64,000 bases of DNA from Malacoraja senta (lineage: Eukaryota), in the NCBI GenBank assembly GCA_038087875.1, contig CM075995.1, positions 9,488,001-9,552,000 on the forward strand. The letters run 5' to 3'. Each line of letters starts with the position of its first letter. Within the stretch, counting starts at the first letter, position 1. The notes beneath the pieces were generated by a model, which saw only the letters and a program-made list of their open reading frames with translations, was not told where the DNA came from and searched no databases. Shown here one piece after another: positions 1 to 13,730 of this stretch. A program made the position numbers and the translations under genes.

Positions 1-88
1 GAGCCAATTAACCTACATCTTTGGGATTATGGAGGGAACCGGAGCGCCCGGAGAAAACCCACCCGGTCACGGGGAGAACGTAAAAACT
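1..88 (-). mobile_element. V-SINE (tRNA-derived SINE), central V-domain part; split by the Rex1 insertion
   Basis: Reverse complement reads GTTCTCCCCGTGACCGGGTGGGTTTTCTCCGGGCGCTCCGGTTCCCTCC, resembling the V-SINE core; continues at 1858. Confidence 0.7.
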
Positions 89-1857
89 ATGAGAGGAGGG
101 GGGCGTCTGCCTCATGGTCAACTCTGCGTGGTGCTCACACGTGGCAGTCCTGTCCAACTCCTGCTCTCCACACCTGGAACACCTGGCGGTGAAGTGCCGT
201 TCCTTCTACCTACCGAGGGGATTCACCTCCATCATCCTGACCGCAGTCTACATCCCTCCCCAGGCAGACGTCTGTCTGGCACTGGAGGAGCTGCACGCCG
301 TGGTCAACAAGCACCAGATGTCTTACCCCAAAGTGTTCACCACCATAGCCGGGGACTTCAACAAAGCCAACCTAAAGAAATCGCTCCCTAACTTCCACCA
401 ACATGTCTCCTGCTGCACCAGAGGACCAAACACCCTCGACCACTGCTACACCACCATCAAGAATGCCTATCGCTCTATCCCTCGCCCTCACTTCGGTAAA
501 TCAGACCATACCGCGGTGCTGCTTCTTCCTGCCTACAGGCAGCAATTAAAGAGCGCACCCCCAGAGGTGAGGACAGTACAGAGCTGGTCGAGGGGGGCAG
601 AGGAACAACTCCAGGACTGTTTGGAGTCTGTAGACTGGGCAATGTTCAGGGACTCGGCAACGGACCTGAACGAATACACCACAGTCGTCATAGACCATAA
701 AGAAATGTGTGGAGGACTGCATCACTACAAAAACCTCCCGAGCGTTTCCCAATCAGAAGCCTTGGATGAACTTTGAGATCCGCACTCTTCTGAAGACCAG
801 ACACCGGGCATTCATGTCCGATGATACAGTGGTCTACAAGGAGTCCAGATATGACCTTGGTAAGGCCATCAAAAAGGCCAAAAGGGACTTCTGCTCCAAA
901 CTGGAGGATGAGACAGATGTTTGGCAGCTGTGGCGGGGCCTGAATGCAATCACCTCCTACAAGGCGAAACCAGGAGGTTGCTCGAATGTTGGCGTAGCAT
1001 CACTCCCTGACGAGCTCAATGCGTTTACGCACGCTTTGATAGGGAGAACACTGATGTGCCTTCCCGAGCCCCCATTCGCTGGGATGGTATTTCAGTCTCA
1101 GTCACAGAGGCCGACGTTAGGAAATCCTTCAGAGGGGTGAACCCTCGAAAAGCGCCTGGACCTGATGGTATACCCAGTTGTGTTTTAAAAACCTGTGCGG
1201 ACCAACTGGCTGGAGTTTTTACGGACATTTTCAACCTCTCACTTCTGAGGTCTGAGGTTCCCACCTGCTTCAAAAGGGCATCAATTATACCGGTGCCCAA
1301 CAAGAGCAAGGTCACATGCCTCAATGACTATCGACCGGTGGCACTAACGCACAGTAGAGAGCATGCTGACCGGTTGCATTGTGGCTTGGTTCGGCAACTT
1401 GAGCGTCCAGGAGCAGAAAAGAATGCAGAAAGTTGTGACCACTGCCCAGTCCATCATCGGCTCTGACCTTCCCACCATCGAGGGGATCTATCGCAGTCGC
1501 TGACTCAAAAAGGCTGCCAGCATCATCAAGGACCCACACCATCCTGGCCACACACTCGTCTCTCCGCTGCCATCAGGTAGAAGGTACAGGAGCCTGAAAT
1601 CTGCAACATCCAGGTTCAGGAATAGCTACTTCCCCACATCAGGGTATTAAACACATCATCAAACTCAGAACTATAACAGCCTATTGCACTTTCCCTGTTT
1701 ATTTATGTGTATATATCTATGGTCTATGGTATATAGACACACTGATCTGTTCTGTATTTATGCTTACTATGTTCTGTAGTGCTGCAGCAAAGCAAGAATG
1801 TAATTGTCCTATCTGGGACACATGACAATAAACTCTCTTGACTTGACTTGACTTGAC
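89..1857 (+). mobile_element. Rex1/Babar LINE, 5'-truncated, frameshifted, most of RT deleted near 1350
   Basis: APE endonuclease motifs (AVYIPP, AGDFN, TLDHCY, GKSDH), RT start (KAPGPDGI, NDYRPVALT), jump to C-terminal region, AATAAA and (CTTGA)n tail at 1828-1857. Confidence 0.85.
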
Positions 1858-1938
1858 AGACAGCACCTGTAGTCAGAATTGAACCAGGTTGTCTGTAGTT
1901 GTAAGGCAGCAACTCTACCGCTGCGTCACCGTGCTGCC
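1858..1938 (-). mobile_element. V-SINE tRNA-like head (other half of the SINE at 1-88)
   Basis: Reverse complement GGCAGCACGGTGACGCAGCGGTAG...GGTTCAATTCTGAC has A-box and B-box-like motifs. Confidence 0.7.
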
Positions 1939-2146
1939 TGTGACGGCAATGCGGTGTCCTGTTACAATTGTACAAGGTGTTGGTGAGGCCACATTTGGAG
2001 TATGGTGTTCGGTTTTGGTCACGGTTGCAGGAGTGTTGTTAAGCTGGGAAAGTATGCAGAGGGCCTGAGCTATAGGGAACTGTTAGGCAGGCTAGGACTT
2101 TAATCCTTGGAGCGCAGGAGGATGAGAGGGGGTTTATGCAGGTAGG

Positions 2147-2660
2147 AGACAATAGACAATAGGTGCAGGAGTAGGCCATTTGGGCTCTTCGAGTCAGCAC
2201 TGCCATTCAATGTGATCATGGCTGATCATCCCCAATCAGTACCCCGTTCTTGCCTTCTCCCCATATCCTCTGACTCTGCTATTTTTAAGAGCCCTATCTA
2301 GCTTTCTCTTGAAAGTATCCAGAGAACCTGCCAGTATCCAGAGAAAGTATCCAGAGAATTCCACAGACTCACCACTCTCTGTGAGAAAAAGTGTTTCCTC
2401 GTCTCCGTTCTAAATGGCTTACTCCTTATTCTTAAACTGTGGCCCCTGGTTCTGGACTCCCCCAACATCGGGAACATGTTTCCTGCCTCTAGTGTGTCCA
2501 AGCCCTTAACAATCTTATATGTTTCAATGAGATTCCCTCTCATCCTAAACTCCAGTGTACAAGCCCAGCTGCTCCATTCTCTCAGCATGTGACAGTCCCG
2601 CCATCCCGGGAATTAACCTTGTAAACCTACGCTGCACTCCCTCAATAGCAAGAATGTCCT
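2147..2660 (-). mobile_element. CR1 LINE 3' fragment
   Basis: RT C-terminal peptide (LEFRMRGNLIETYK, RTRGHSLRI, FFSQRVV); (CTATTGT)n tail. Confidence 0.85.
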
Positions 2661-4171
2661 TAACCATATAACCATTACATCACGGAAACAGGCCATCTCA
2701 GCCCTACAAGTCCGTGCCAATTTTTTTTTTTTTCATAAAAAGAAAAAAAAAAATACTTCCCCCTAGTCCCATCTACCTGCACTCAGACCATAACCCTCCA
2801 TTCCTTTCCCATCCATATACCCATCCAATCTATTTTTAAAAGGATAAAATCGAACCAGCCTCCACCACTTCCACTGGAAGCTCATTCCACACAGCTACCA
2901 CTCTCTGAGTAAAGAAGTTCCCCCTAATGTTACCCCTAAACTTCTGTCCCTTAATTCTCAAGTCATGTCACCTTGTTTGAATCTTCCTACTCTCAATGGA
3001 AAAAGCTTATCCACGTCAACTCTGTCTAACCTAATGTTACCCCTAAACTTCTGTCCCTTAATTCTCAAGTCATGTCCCCTTGTTTGAATCTTCCCTACTC
3101 TCAATGGGAAAAGCTTATCCACGTCAACTCTGTCTAACCCGCTCATAATTTTAAAGACCTCTATCAAGTCCCCTCTTAACCTTCTGCGCTCCAAAGAATA
3201 AAGACCTAACTTGTTCAACCTTTCTCTGTAACTTAGTTGCTGAAACCCAGGCAACATTCTAGTAAATCTCCTCTGTACTCTCTCTATTTTGTTGACATCC
3301 TTCCTATAATTAGGCGACCAAAATTGTACTCCATACTCCAGAATTGGCCTCCCCAATGCCTTGTACAATTTTAACATTACATCCCAACTTTTATATTCAA
3401 TGCTCTGATTTATAAAGGCCAGCACACCAAAAGCTTTCTTTACCACCCTATCTACATGAGATTCCACCTTCAGGGAACTATGCACAGTTATTCCTAGATC
3501 CCTCTGTTCAACTGCATTCCTCAATTCGCTACCATTTACCGTGTACGTCCTATTTTGATTTGTCCTGCCGAGATGTAGTACCTCACATTTATCAGCATTA
3601 AACTCCATCTGCCATCTTTCAGCCCACTCTTCCAAATGGCCTAAATCTCTCTGTAGACTTTGAAAATCTACTTCATTATCCATCACACCACCTATCTTAG
3701 TATCATCTGCATACTTACTAATCCAATTTTCCACACCATCATCCAGATCATTGATGTACATGACAAACAACAGTGGACCCAACACAGACCCCTGAGGCAC
3801 CCCACTAGTCACCGGCCTCCAACCTGACAAACAGCCATCCACCATTACTCTCTGGCATCTCCCATTCAGCCACTGTTGAATCCATCTTGCTATTCCACCA
3901 TTAATACCCAACAATTGAATCTTCTTAACCAACCTTCCATGAGGAACCTTGTCAAAGGCCTTACTGAAGTCCATATAGACAACATCCACTGCTTTACCCT
4001 CATCAATTTCCCTAGTAACCTCTTCGAAAAATTCTAGAAGATTAGTCAAACATGACCTTCCAGGCACAAATCCATGTTGACTGTTCCTAATCAGACCCTG
4101 CTTATCCAGATGCTTATATATATTATCTCTAAGTATCCTTTCCATTAATTTGCCCACAACTGACGTCAAAC
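2661..4171 (-). mobile_element. CR1 LINE (GGTTATAT-tail family) RT, runs into the assembly gap; internal ~107-bp tandem duplication at 2923-3138
   Basis: [27 protein letters not shown] and KYADD motifs; near-identical to 29823-30979. Confidence 0.9.
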
Positions 4172-4371
4172 NNNNNNNNNNNNNNNNNNNNNNNNNNNNN
4201 NNNNNNNNNNNNNNNNNNNNNNNNNNNNNNNNNNNNNNNNNNNNNNNNNNNNNNNNNNNNNNNNNNNNNNNNNNNNNNNNNNNNNNNNNNNNNNNNNNNN
4301 NNNNNNNNNNNNNNNNNNNNNNNNNNNNNNNNNNNNNNNNNNNNNNNNNNNNNNNNNNNNNNNNNNNNNNN
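4172..4371. other. Assembly gap (200 N)
   Basis: Run of N. Confidence 0.99.
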
Positions 4372-5262
4372 TTACTCCTTATTCTTAAACTGTGGCCCCT
4401 GGTTCTGGTCTCCCCCAACATCGGGAACATGTTTCCTGCCTCTAGCGTGTCCAAGCCCTTAACAATCTTATATGTTTCAATGAGATCACATCTCATCCTT
4501 CTAAACTCCAGAGTGTACAAGCCCAGCTGCTCCATTCTCTCAGCATATGACAGTCCCGCCATCCCGGGAATTAACCTTGTAAAACTACGGTGCACTCCCT
4601 CAATAGCAAGAATGTCCTTCCTGAAATTAGGGGACCAAAACTGCACACAATACTCCAGGTATGATCTCACTAGTGCTCTGTACAACTGCAGAATGTCCTC
4701 TTTGATCCTATATTCGATTCCTCTTGTTATAAAGGCCAACATGCCATTCGCTTTCTTCAATGCCTGCATGCTTACTTTCATAGACTGATATACAAGGACC
4801 CGCAGATCCCGTTGTACTTCCCCTATTCCCAACTTGACGCCATTTAGATAGTAATCAGCCTTCCTGGTTTTCCTACCAAAGTGGATAACCTCACATTTAT
4901 GCGCATTAAACTTCAACTGCCATGCATCTGCCCACTCACCCAACCTGTCTAAGCCATCCTGCATTCTCATAGCATCCTCCTCACAATTCACACTGCCACC
5001 CAGCTTTGTGTCATCTGCAAATTTGCTAATGTTACTTTGTATCCCTTCATCCAAATCATTGATGTATATTGTAAATAGCTGCGGTCCCAGCACCGAGCCT
5101 TGCGGTACCCCACTAGTCACTGCCTGCCATTCTGAAAGGGACCCGTTAATCCCTACTCTTTGTTTCCTGTCTGCCAACCACTTCTCTATCCATGTCAGCA
5201 CTCTACCCTCAATACCATGTGCCCTAATTTTGCCCACTAATCTCCAATGTGGGACCTTATCA
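4372..5262 (-). mobile_element. CR1 LINE RT fragment (same family as 2147-2660, different copy)
   Basis: [10 protein letters not shown] and KFADD motifs; several differences from 2419-2660. Confidence 0.88.
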
Positions 5263-6815
5263 ATTGGGTCGAAATAAAAGCTCTGCAAATGGTTGCTGGG
5301 GGGGGCACTTACGGCTGTGATTTTTGGCCATCGTACCCAGTCCCCCTCTGCTCATCAGGTGCAGTGGATTCTTACCATCCATGAAAAATAAAAATGTTAT
5401 TCGTGTTAAAAATGTTGAGACTCTCTCTCCTGTAAATCACGACATGAAAGCACACCTTTTCCGGTGGGAGGGGGGAGGGATTATAAAACCAGGAAGTGTG
5501 GGTGTGGGTGTGGCTCAGTCTGTGCATGATGGGGGAGGGAGAGGTCACGACTCTGTCTGAGCTGTGAATCAACTGAACACACTGAATGTCTACTGGACTG
5601 TGAGTGTGTTTTTTTGCGTGGTTTTATGGTGGTTTCACCCTGCTTGAAATGGTATGAAACCGCATTTGAATGTGGTGGCCTTGCACCCTGCATGAAATGG
5701 TATGAAAATGTTTTGAATGTGGTGGCCTTGCACCCTGCTTGAAATGGTATGAGACTGCATTTGAATTTGGTGGCCTTGCACCCTGCTTGAAATGGTATGA
5801 AACTGCACGAATTTGGTGGCCTTGCACCCTCCTTGAAGTGGTATGAAACTGCACTTGAATTTGGTGGCCTTGAACCCTGCTTAAAGTGGTGTGAAACTGC
5901 ACTAGAATTTGGTGGTCTTGGATCCTGCTTGAAGTGGTCGGAAACTGCACTTGAATTCGGTGGCCTTGCACCCTGCTTGAAGTGGTAGGAAACTGCACTT
6001 GAATTCGATGGTCTTGCACCCTGCTTGAAGTGGTAGGAAACTGCACCTGAATTTGGTAGCCTTGCACCCTGCTTGAAGTGGTATGAAACTGCACGAACTT
6101 GGTGGCCTTGCACCCTGCTTGAAGTGGTAAGAAACTGCACTTGAATTTGGTGGCCTTGCACCCTGCTTGAAATGGTAGGAAAATGGATTTGAATTTGGTG
6201 GCCTTGCACCCTGCTAGAAGTGGCAGGAAACTGCACTTGAATTCGGTGGTCTTGCACCCTGCTTGAAGTGGTAGGAAACTGCACTTGAATTCGGTGGTCT
6301 TGCACCCTGCTTGAAGTGGTAGGAAACTGCACCTGAATTTGGTAGCCTTGCACCCTGCTTGAAGTGGTATGAAACTGCACAAACTTGGTGGCCTTGCACC
6401 CTGCTTGAAGTGGTAAGAAACTGCACTTGAATTTGGTGGCCTTGCACCCTGCTTGAAATGGTAGGAAAATGGATTTGAATTTGGTGGCCTTGCACCCTGC
6501 TTGAAATGGAATTTCCAGGAATAGCCGTGAGTCAACTGCCAGCCCACCAGCTGTGTGTAAGCTGCCAGCACATAAGTCTTGAGGGACTGAGCTACCACCC
6601 CAAGAATCCATTTGGCCCACAATGTCCATACTAGCCCTCTGGAGACCAGTCCCTTCAGCCCACAACATCCATGCCAGTGCTCCAGAAAGTGCCCTCCCCC
6701 CCCCCCCCCACACCACTGGCCATCAATATTGGAATTGGTGGAGAGGTGGAATATTGCGTTGGGGGACAAGCCCTCCCTTGTGAATATGGGACCCAACGGG
6801 TCCCACTTAATCTAG
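5263..6815 (+). mobile_element. Non-autonomous Helitron, 5' terminus missing
   Basis: 3' hairpin TGGGACCC-AAC-GGGTCCCA, then CTAG (6812-6815) followed by T; 5' and 3' domains homologous to 19616-20767. Confidence 0.8.
5635..6507. repeat. Minisatellite, ~46-bp unit, ~19 copies, inside the Helitron
   Basis: Unit TGCTTGAAGTGGTA(T/G)GAAACTGCACTTGAATTTGGTGGCCTTGCACCC. Confidence 0.95.
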
Positions 6816-6829
6816 TTTAGACAATAAAA

Positions 6830-7272
6830 AACATACGTTAGCCTGTTGTCATCGACCACAGTTAAGCACCAACGCCATCATCACCTCCAAACTAATTAAC
6901 AAGCTTTGGGCATTGGGTCTCTGCGTAATCCTTTGCAACATGATCCCCAACTTCCTCATCAATGTAACATAATTGGTACAAATAGTTCCTTCTCTAACCA
7001 TCAGTAAAGGGGCACCTCAAGGCGGAGTGCTCAGTCCAATGCTTCACTCAGTCCATGCCCATGACTGTGCAGTCAGACACAGTCCCAACACTGTTTTTTA
7101 ATTATGTGACAACACTGTTGTTGGATTATTTATGGGTAAATTGTGAGTTAGAATATTGGAGGGCAATCAAACTTCTAATGGAATGGTGTTAGAACAATAA
7201 CCTTGTGCTCAACATCAGCAAGACCAAGAAGCTGATTGTTGACTTTAGAAGAGGAATGCCAAGGATCCACAC
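6830..7272 (+). mobile_element. Old Rex1-like RT relic
   Basis: Degenerate GAPQGGVLSP and LNISKTKKLIVDFRR peptides. Confidence 0.65.
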
Positions 7273-8692
7273 GATCAAATAGGCTGAAGTCAGCAAGGTT
7301 TTGCATCTTGTCTAAGGACTCTGTTGGAATTCTTTGAGGAAGTTAATAGCAGGATAGAAAAATGTGAGTCAGTGGATGATCTATACCTGGTTATTCGGAA
7401 GGCCTTTGATGAGGTACCGCATGTGAGGCTGCTAAACAAGATTAGAGAACGTGGTATGAGATGGAAGATGGAAGCTTGGCTAAATGGCAGAAGGCAAAGA
7501 GTGGGATTATAAGAGGCTTTTCTGATTGGCTGCCAGTGGCTAGTGGTATTGTACAGGGGTTAATGTTGGGACAGCTTCTCTTCACATTTTATATCAATGA
7601 TTTGGATAAGGGAATTGAAGGCTTTGTGGACAAGTTTGCAGATGATAGGAAGTTAGGTAGATGGGCTGGGGTGCAGCATATCAAATAATGCAGTCAGGCA
7701 TTTTGGTAGTAGGAATAAAGGCATAGACCATTTTCTAAATTGGGAAAGGATTCAGAAATCAGAGGTGCAAAGTGACTTGGGAATGCTAGTGCAGGATTCT
7801 CAAAGGGTAAATTGCAAGTAGAATCTGTAGTAAGGAAGTCAAATGCAATGTTTTAATTTATTTCCAGAGCTCTGGAATATAAAAACAGGGATGTAATGCT
7901 GACCAAATGCACTGGTCAAACTGCATTTGGAGTATTGTGAAAAGCGTTGGGCCCCATATCTGATAAGATATGTGCATGTTGGAGAAATTCCAGAGGAGGT
8001 TTACGAGAGTGATCCCAGGGAAGCTTGGGTTATCTGGTGGTGAATCTGTGGAATTCTCTGCCACAGAAGGTAGTTGAGGCCAGTTCATTGGCTATATTTA
8101 AGAGGGAGTTAGATGTGGCCCTTGTGGCTAAAGGGATCAGGGGGTATGGAGAGAAGGCAGGGATGAGATACTGAGTTGGATGATCAGCCATGATCATATC
8201 GAATGGCGGTGCAGGCTCGAAGGGCCGAATGGCCTACTCCTGCACCTATTTTCTATGTTTCTATGTTTCTATGTTAACTTAAGATGAAAAATTGACAGCA
8301 CTGGGCCTGTACTCGCTGGAGTTTAGGAGGAAGATGGCAACATCATTGAAACTTACCGAATAATAAAAGGCCTGGATAGAGTGGATATGGAGAGGATGTT
8401 TCCGCTCGCGGGGAGAGTAGGGCCAGAGGGCACAGCCTCAAACCAAAAGGACATTCCTTTAGAAAGGAGATGAGGATGGATTTTGTTAGCCAGAGGATGG
8501 TGGAATTCAGTGCCACAGACGGCTGTGGAGGCAAAGTCAAGGGCAGGGTGCAGATTGACAGATTCTTGATTAGTAAGGGTGTCATAGGTTATGGGGAGAA
8601 GGCATTAAGAAGGAAGGATAGATCAACCATAATTGAATGGACTCAAGGGGCTAAATGACCTAATTCTGCTCCTGTGAGTTATGAACTTACGA
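7273..8692 (+). mobile_element. Old CR1 RT relic with a younger CR1 3' end nested at about 8035-8273
   Basis: KAFDEVPH and KFADD motifs; nested piece ends in (TTTCTATG)n and the old element resumes colinearly. Confidence 0.8.
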
Positions 8693-9232
8693 AGAACGTG
8701 ACAACTTTGTTTCAGGAGATGATCTATTGTACTAATGTATGCAATGATTTGATGGATAACATGCAGAGGAAGCATATTACTGTAACTCTCTACACCTGAC
8801 AATGAAGTGATCTTTGAACCATTGAAGTCTTGCTATATTCCTTAAAGAGTTGACCGTCACCAGTTACCTATAATATCTCTATCCCTCCAAAGTTTTTGGG
8901 AGGACATCCTTGTTATCTCATTGAAGTATTTGCAGTGTTTCCATTTGTTCTTTCAACAGAGCAAATCCGCTATGGATGTTTTTACTTTTGGTGAAACGTC
9001 CTGTTCCAGCCTTGTTGACTCTAAGTGTGTGATCTTTCACATTGTTCGTCTACTTTCAGTTCTCTCGACACAGCTACCCTCCCTGTTGTTGGTCCTGGCA
9101 ATGTGCTAGATGGACATGGCCCAAACCTATGGTTTTATTAATCAACCCTGCTGCAGACACGCGACCTCTGGAGAAACCTACTGAAATGAGGCTTCCCATT
9201 AATTGTTGAAAATTAAGGACAGAAAGAGGGAA

Positions 9233-10149
9233 TGATCATAAGATCATAAGCTCATAAGTGATAGGAGTAGAATTAGGCGATTTGGCCTCTCGAGCCTCCT
9301 CCACCATTCAATCATGGCCGATCTATCTCTCCCTCCTACTCCCCATCACCTCTGACACCCACACTAATCAAGAATCTATCTGTTTCTGCCTTAAATATAT
9401 ACACTGGCTTTGCCTCCACAGCCTTCTCTCGCAAAGAATACCACAGATTCACCACCCTCTAAGGAAATTCCTCCTCATCCCCTTCCTGAAAGAATGTCCT
9501 TCTGAGGCTATGACGCTAGTCCGAGACTACCACTAGTGGAAACATCCTCATCACATCGACTCTACCCAAGCATTTACAGTAAGTATTTTGTACATTTCAA
9601 TACGGTCCCCTCTCATTCTTCTAAACTCCAGCGAATATAGGCCCAGTGCAATCAAATGCTCATCATATGTTAACCTACGCATTCCTGGGATTATTCTTGT
9701 AAACCTCCTCTGGACCCTCTCCAGAACCAGTAAATCCTTCCTCAGATATGGTGCCCAGAATTGCTCATAATATTCAAAATGCGGCCTGATGGGCCTCAGC
9801 ATCACATTCCTCTCAAAATAAATGCTAGCATTGCATTTGCTTTCTGTACTACTGATTCGACTTGCAGATTATTTTTTTGGGAATCCTGCACCATTACTCC
9901 CAAGTCCGTTTGCACCGCCGAAATCTGGATTCTTTCCCTATTTAGAAAATAATCTAAGACTTTATTCCTGTAATCAAAAAGCATTATATTCCATCTGCCA
10001 CTTCTCTGTCCACTCTCCCAACCTGTCCAAGTACTACTGCAGATTCCCTGCTTTCTCTACAATGCCTGCCCCCCATCTATTTCCGTATCATCCGAAAACA
10101 TGGCCACAAAGCTTTCAATCCCCTCATCAAAATAATTAATATACAACAT
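9233..10149 (-). mobile_element. Old CR1 relic, 3' part; continues at 13471-13730
   Basis: QFWAPYLRKD and GLYSLEFRRMRG peptides; (TTATGATC)-like tail; ATACAACAT joins GAAGAGCAG at 13474. Confidence 0.8.
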
Positions 10150-13040
10150 AGATACATAGATACATAGAAAATAGGTGGAGGAGTAGACCATTCGGCCCTT
10201 CGAGCCTGCACCGCCATTCAATATGATCATGGCTGATCATCCAACTCAGTATCCCGTACCTGCCTTCTCTCCATACCCCCTAATCCCTTTAGCCACAAGG
10301 GCCACATCTAACTCCCTCTTAAATATAGCCAATGAACTGGCCTCAACTACCCTCTGTGGCAGAGAGTTCCAGAGATTCACCACTCTCTGTGTGAAAACGT
10401 TTTTTCTCATCTCGGTCTTAAAGGATTTCCCCCTTATCCTTAAGCTGTGACCCCTGTCCTGGACTTCCCCAACATCGGGAACAATCTTCCTGCATCTAGC
10501 CTGTCCAACCCCATAAGAATTTTGCACGTTTCTATAAGATCCCCTCTCAATCTCCTAAATTCTAGCGAGTATAAGCCGAGTCTATCCAGTCTTTCTTCAT
10601 ATGAAAGTCCTGACATCCCAGGAATCAGTCTGGTGAACCTTCTCTGCACTCCCTCTATGGCTATAATGTCCTTCCTCAGATTTGGAGACCAAAACTGGAC
10701 GCAATACTCCAGGTGTGGTCTCACCAAGACCCTGTACAACTGCAGTAGAACCTCCCTGCTCCTATACTCAAATCCTTTTGCTATGAAAGCTAACATACCA
10801 TTCGCTTTCTTCACTGCCTGCTGCACCTGCATTCCTACTTTCAATGACTGGTGTACCATGACACCATGGTCTCGCTGCATCTCCCCTTTTCCTAATCGGC
10901 CACCCTTTAGATAATAGTCTGCTTTCCTGTTTTTGCCACCAAAGTGGATAACCTCACATTTATCCACATTATACTGCATCTGCCAAACATTTGCCCACTC
11001 ACCCAGCCTATCCAAGTCACCTTGCAGTCTCCTAGCATCCTCCTCACAGCTAACACTGCCCTCCCAGCTTAGTGTCATCCGCAAACTTGGAGATGTTGCC
11101 TTCAATTCCCTCATCCAGTTCATTAATATAAATTGTAAATAGCTGGGGTCCCAGCACTGAGCCTTGCGGTACCCCACTAGTCACTGCCTGCCATTGTGAA
11201 AAGGACCCGTTTACTCCTACTCTTTGCTTCCTGTTTGCCAGACAGTTCTCTATCCACATCAATACTGAACCCCCAATACCGTGTGCTTTAAGTTTGTATA
11301 CTAATCTCTTATGTGGGACCTTGTCGAAAGCCTTCTGAAAGTCCAGATACAACACATCCACTGGTTCTCCCCTATCCACTCTACTAGTTACATCCTCAAA
11401 AAATTCTATAAGATTCGTCAAACATGATTTACCTTTCGTAAATCCATGCTGACTTTGTCCAATGATTTCACCACTTTCCAAATGTGCTGCTATCCCATCT
11501 TTAATAACTGACTCTAGCAGTTTCCCCACTACCAATGTTAGACTAACTGGTCTGTAATTCCCCGTTTTCTCTCTCCCTCCCTTCTTAAAAAGTGGGGTTA
11601 CGTTTGCTACCCTCCAATCCTCAGGAACTACTCCAGAATCTAAAGAGTTTTGAAAAATTATCACTAATGCATCCACTATTTCTGGAGCTACTTCCTTAAG
11701 TACTCTGGGATGCAGCCTATCTGGCCCTGGTGATTTATCGGCCTTTAATCTATTCAATTTACCCAACACCACTTCCCGACTAACCTGGATTTCACTCAAT
11801 TCCTCCATCACCTTTGACCCGCGGTCCCCTGCTATTTCCGGCAGATTATTTATGTCTTCCTTAGTGAAGATAGAACCAAAGTAGTTATTCAATTGGTCCG
11901 CCATATCCTTTTTCCCCATGATCAATTCACCTGTTTCTGACTGCAAGGGACCTACATTTGTTTTAACTAATCTCTTTCTCTTCACATACCTTTAAAACCT
12001 TTTGCAGTCAGTTTTTATGTTCCCTGCCAGTTTTCTTTCATAATCTATTTTACTTTTCCTAATTAAGCCCTTTGTCCTCCTCTGCTTGTCTCTGAATTTC
12101 TCCCAGTCCTCTGGTATGCTGTTTTTTCTGGCTAATTTGTACGCATCATCTTTTGCTTTGATACTATCCCTGATTTCCCTTGTTATCCACGGATGCACTA
12201 CCTTCCCCGATTTATTCTTTTGCCAAACTGGGATGAACAATTTTTGTAGTTCATCCATGCAGTCTTTAAATGCCCTCCATTGCATATCCACCGTAAACCC
12301 TTTTAGAACTAATTGCCAGTCAATCTTGGCCAATTCACATCTCATACCCTCAAAGTTACCTTTCTTTAAGTTCAGAACCGTTGTTTCTCAATTAACAATG
12401 TCACTCTCCATCCTAATGAAGAACTCAACCATATTATGGTCACTCTTGCCCAAGGGGGCACGCACAACAAGGCTGCTAACTAACCCTTCCTCATTACTCA
12501 ATACCCAGTCTAGAATAGCCTGCTCTCTCGTTGGTTCCTCTACATGTTGGTTTAGATAACTATCCCGCATACATTCCAAGAAATCCTCTTCCACAGCACC
12601 CCTGCCAATTTGATTCACCCAATCTATTTGTAGATTGAAGTCACCCATTATAACTGTTTTGCCTTTGTTGCATGCATTTCTAATTTCCTGTTTGATGCCA
12701 TCCCCAACTTCACTACTACTGCTAGGTGGCCTGTACACAACACCCACCAGCGTTTTCTGCCCCTTAGTGTTTCGCAGCTCTACCCATACCGATTCCACAT
12801 CCTCCAAGCTAATGTCCTTCCTTTCCACTGCGTTAATCTCCTCTCTAACCAGCAACGCTACCCCACCTCCTATTCCTTTCTCTCTGTCCCTCCTGAATAT
12901 TGAATATCCCTGGATGTTCAGCTCCCAGCCTTGGTCACCCTGGAGCCATGTCTCCGTGATCCCAACTATATCATAATCATTAATAGCTATCTGCACGTTC
13001 AACTCATCCACCTTATTATGAATGGTCCTTGCATTGAGAC
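10150..13040 (-). mobile_element. Young CR1 LINE, nearly complete ORF2 (APE endonuclease + RT) with a few frameshifts
   Basis: ORFs 12388-13011 (GITETW, MGDFN, GKSDH), 11050-11985 (NYRPVSL, KFADD) and 10440-11177; microsatellite tail at 10150-10170. Confidence 0.93.
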
Positions 13041-13470
13041 CTTCTGTGCATATTCACTTAAAGCTGCAAATAAAACTGCTTTCAAGGGCTCAATACCCAA
13101 CTGCTTTTTCACCTAAGTTCAATGGGACATCATTGTCTTAAATACATTTCTTGGTAGACCAACATCAATGCAGGCTATGCTTCCACAAGTTACCCCATTA
13201 ACATTTGTCACCTTTATAAAAACACAAGTGGGAGTGTGGGCCTATTTCTGCACTGATGTCTTGCCAGACCTGAGTTTGCTGATCACTATTCATTGACACA
13301 CTGTACTCCACCAGCTCCCAGGAGCAGGCAATCTGGCTAAAAACATGCCTGCTTTGCAAGCTTCTCCAAAGTGCAGCCATTTGGAGACTACACTCGTATT
13401 CTTGCAGATGTCCCTGGCAAACGCGTGGTTTCGTTTTTGGAGATGCAAAGTGGAAACAGGCCCGCCTGCT

Positions 13471-13730
13471 CATGAAGAGCAGTGGCCCCAGCATCGTCCT
13501 GCAGAACTCTGCTAATCACTGGCAACCAACCACAAAAAGCCCCCTTTATTGCCACTCTTTGCCTTCTGCCATCTAGCCAACCTGATATCCATGCTGGTAT
13601 CTGCCCTTTGATACCATGGGAACTCATCTTCCTTATCAGCTTCCCATGTGGCTCTTTATCAAAGGCCTTCTGAAAATCTAGGTATGCATTATCTACTGAC
13701 TCTGTCTGTCCTGCTATTTACTCCTTCAGT
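13471..13730 (-). mobile_element. Old CR1 relic, upstream continuation of 9233-10149
   Basis: KAFDK, HGIKG, WLDGRRQRV and LGPLLF peptides. Confidence 0.75.

Noticed and set aside
1858..1938. tRNA gene
   Set aside because: Degenerate SINE head continuous with a V-domain
4372..4620. Haplotype overlap duplicating 2419-2660 across the gap
   Set aside because: Several substitutions and indels, and different continuation; more likely two family copies
2958..5288. 776-aa ORF with two tandem RT domains
   Set aside because: Artefact of reading through the 200-N gap between two different CR1 copies
5635..6507. CRISPR-like array or repeat-protein ORFs (411 and 390 aa)
   Set aside because: Units are contiguous with no unique spacers and no cas genes; the ORFs cycle through frames because 46 is not a multiple of 3
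13198..13494. 98-aa host ORF
   Set aside because: Starts inside CR1 sequence and has no recognisable domain
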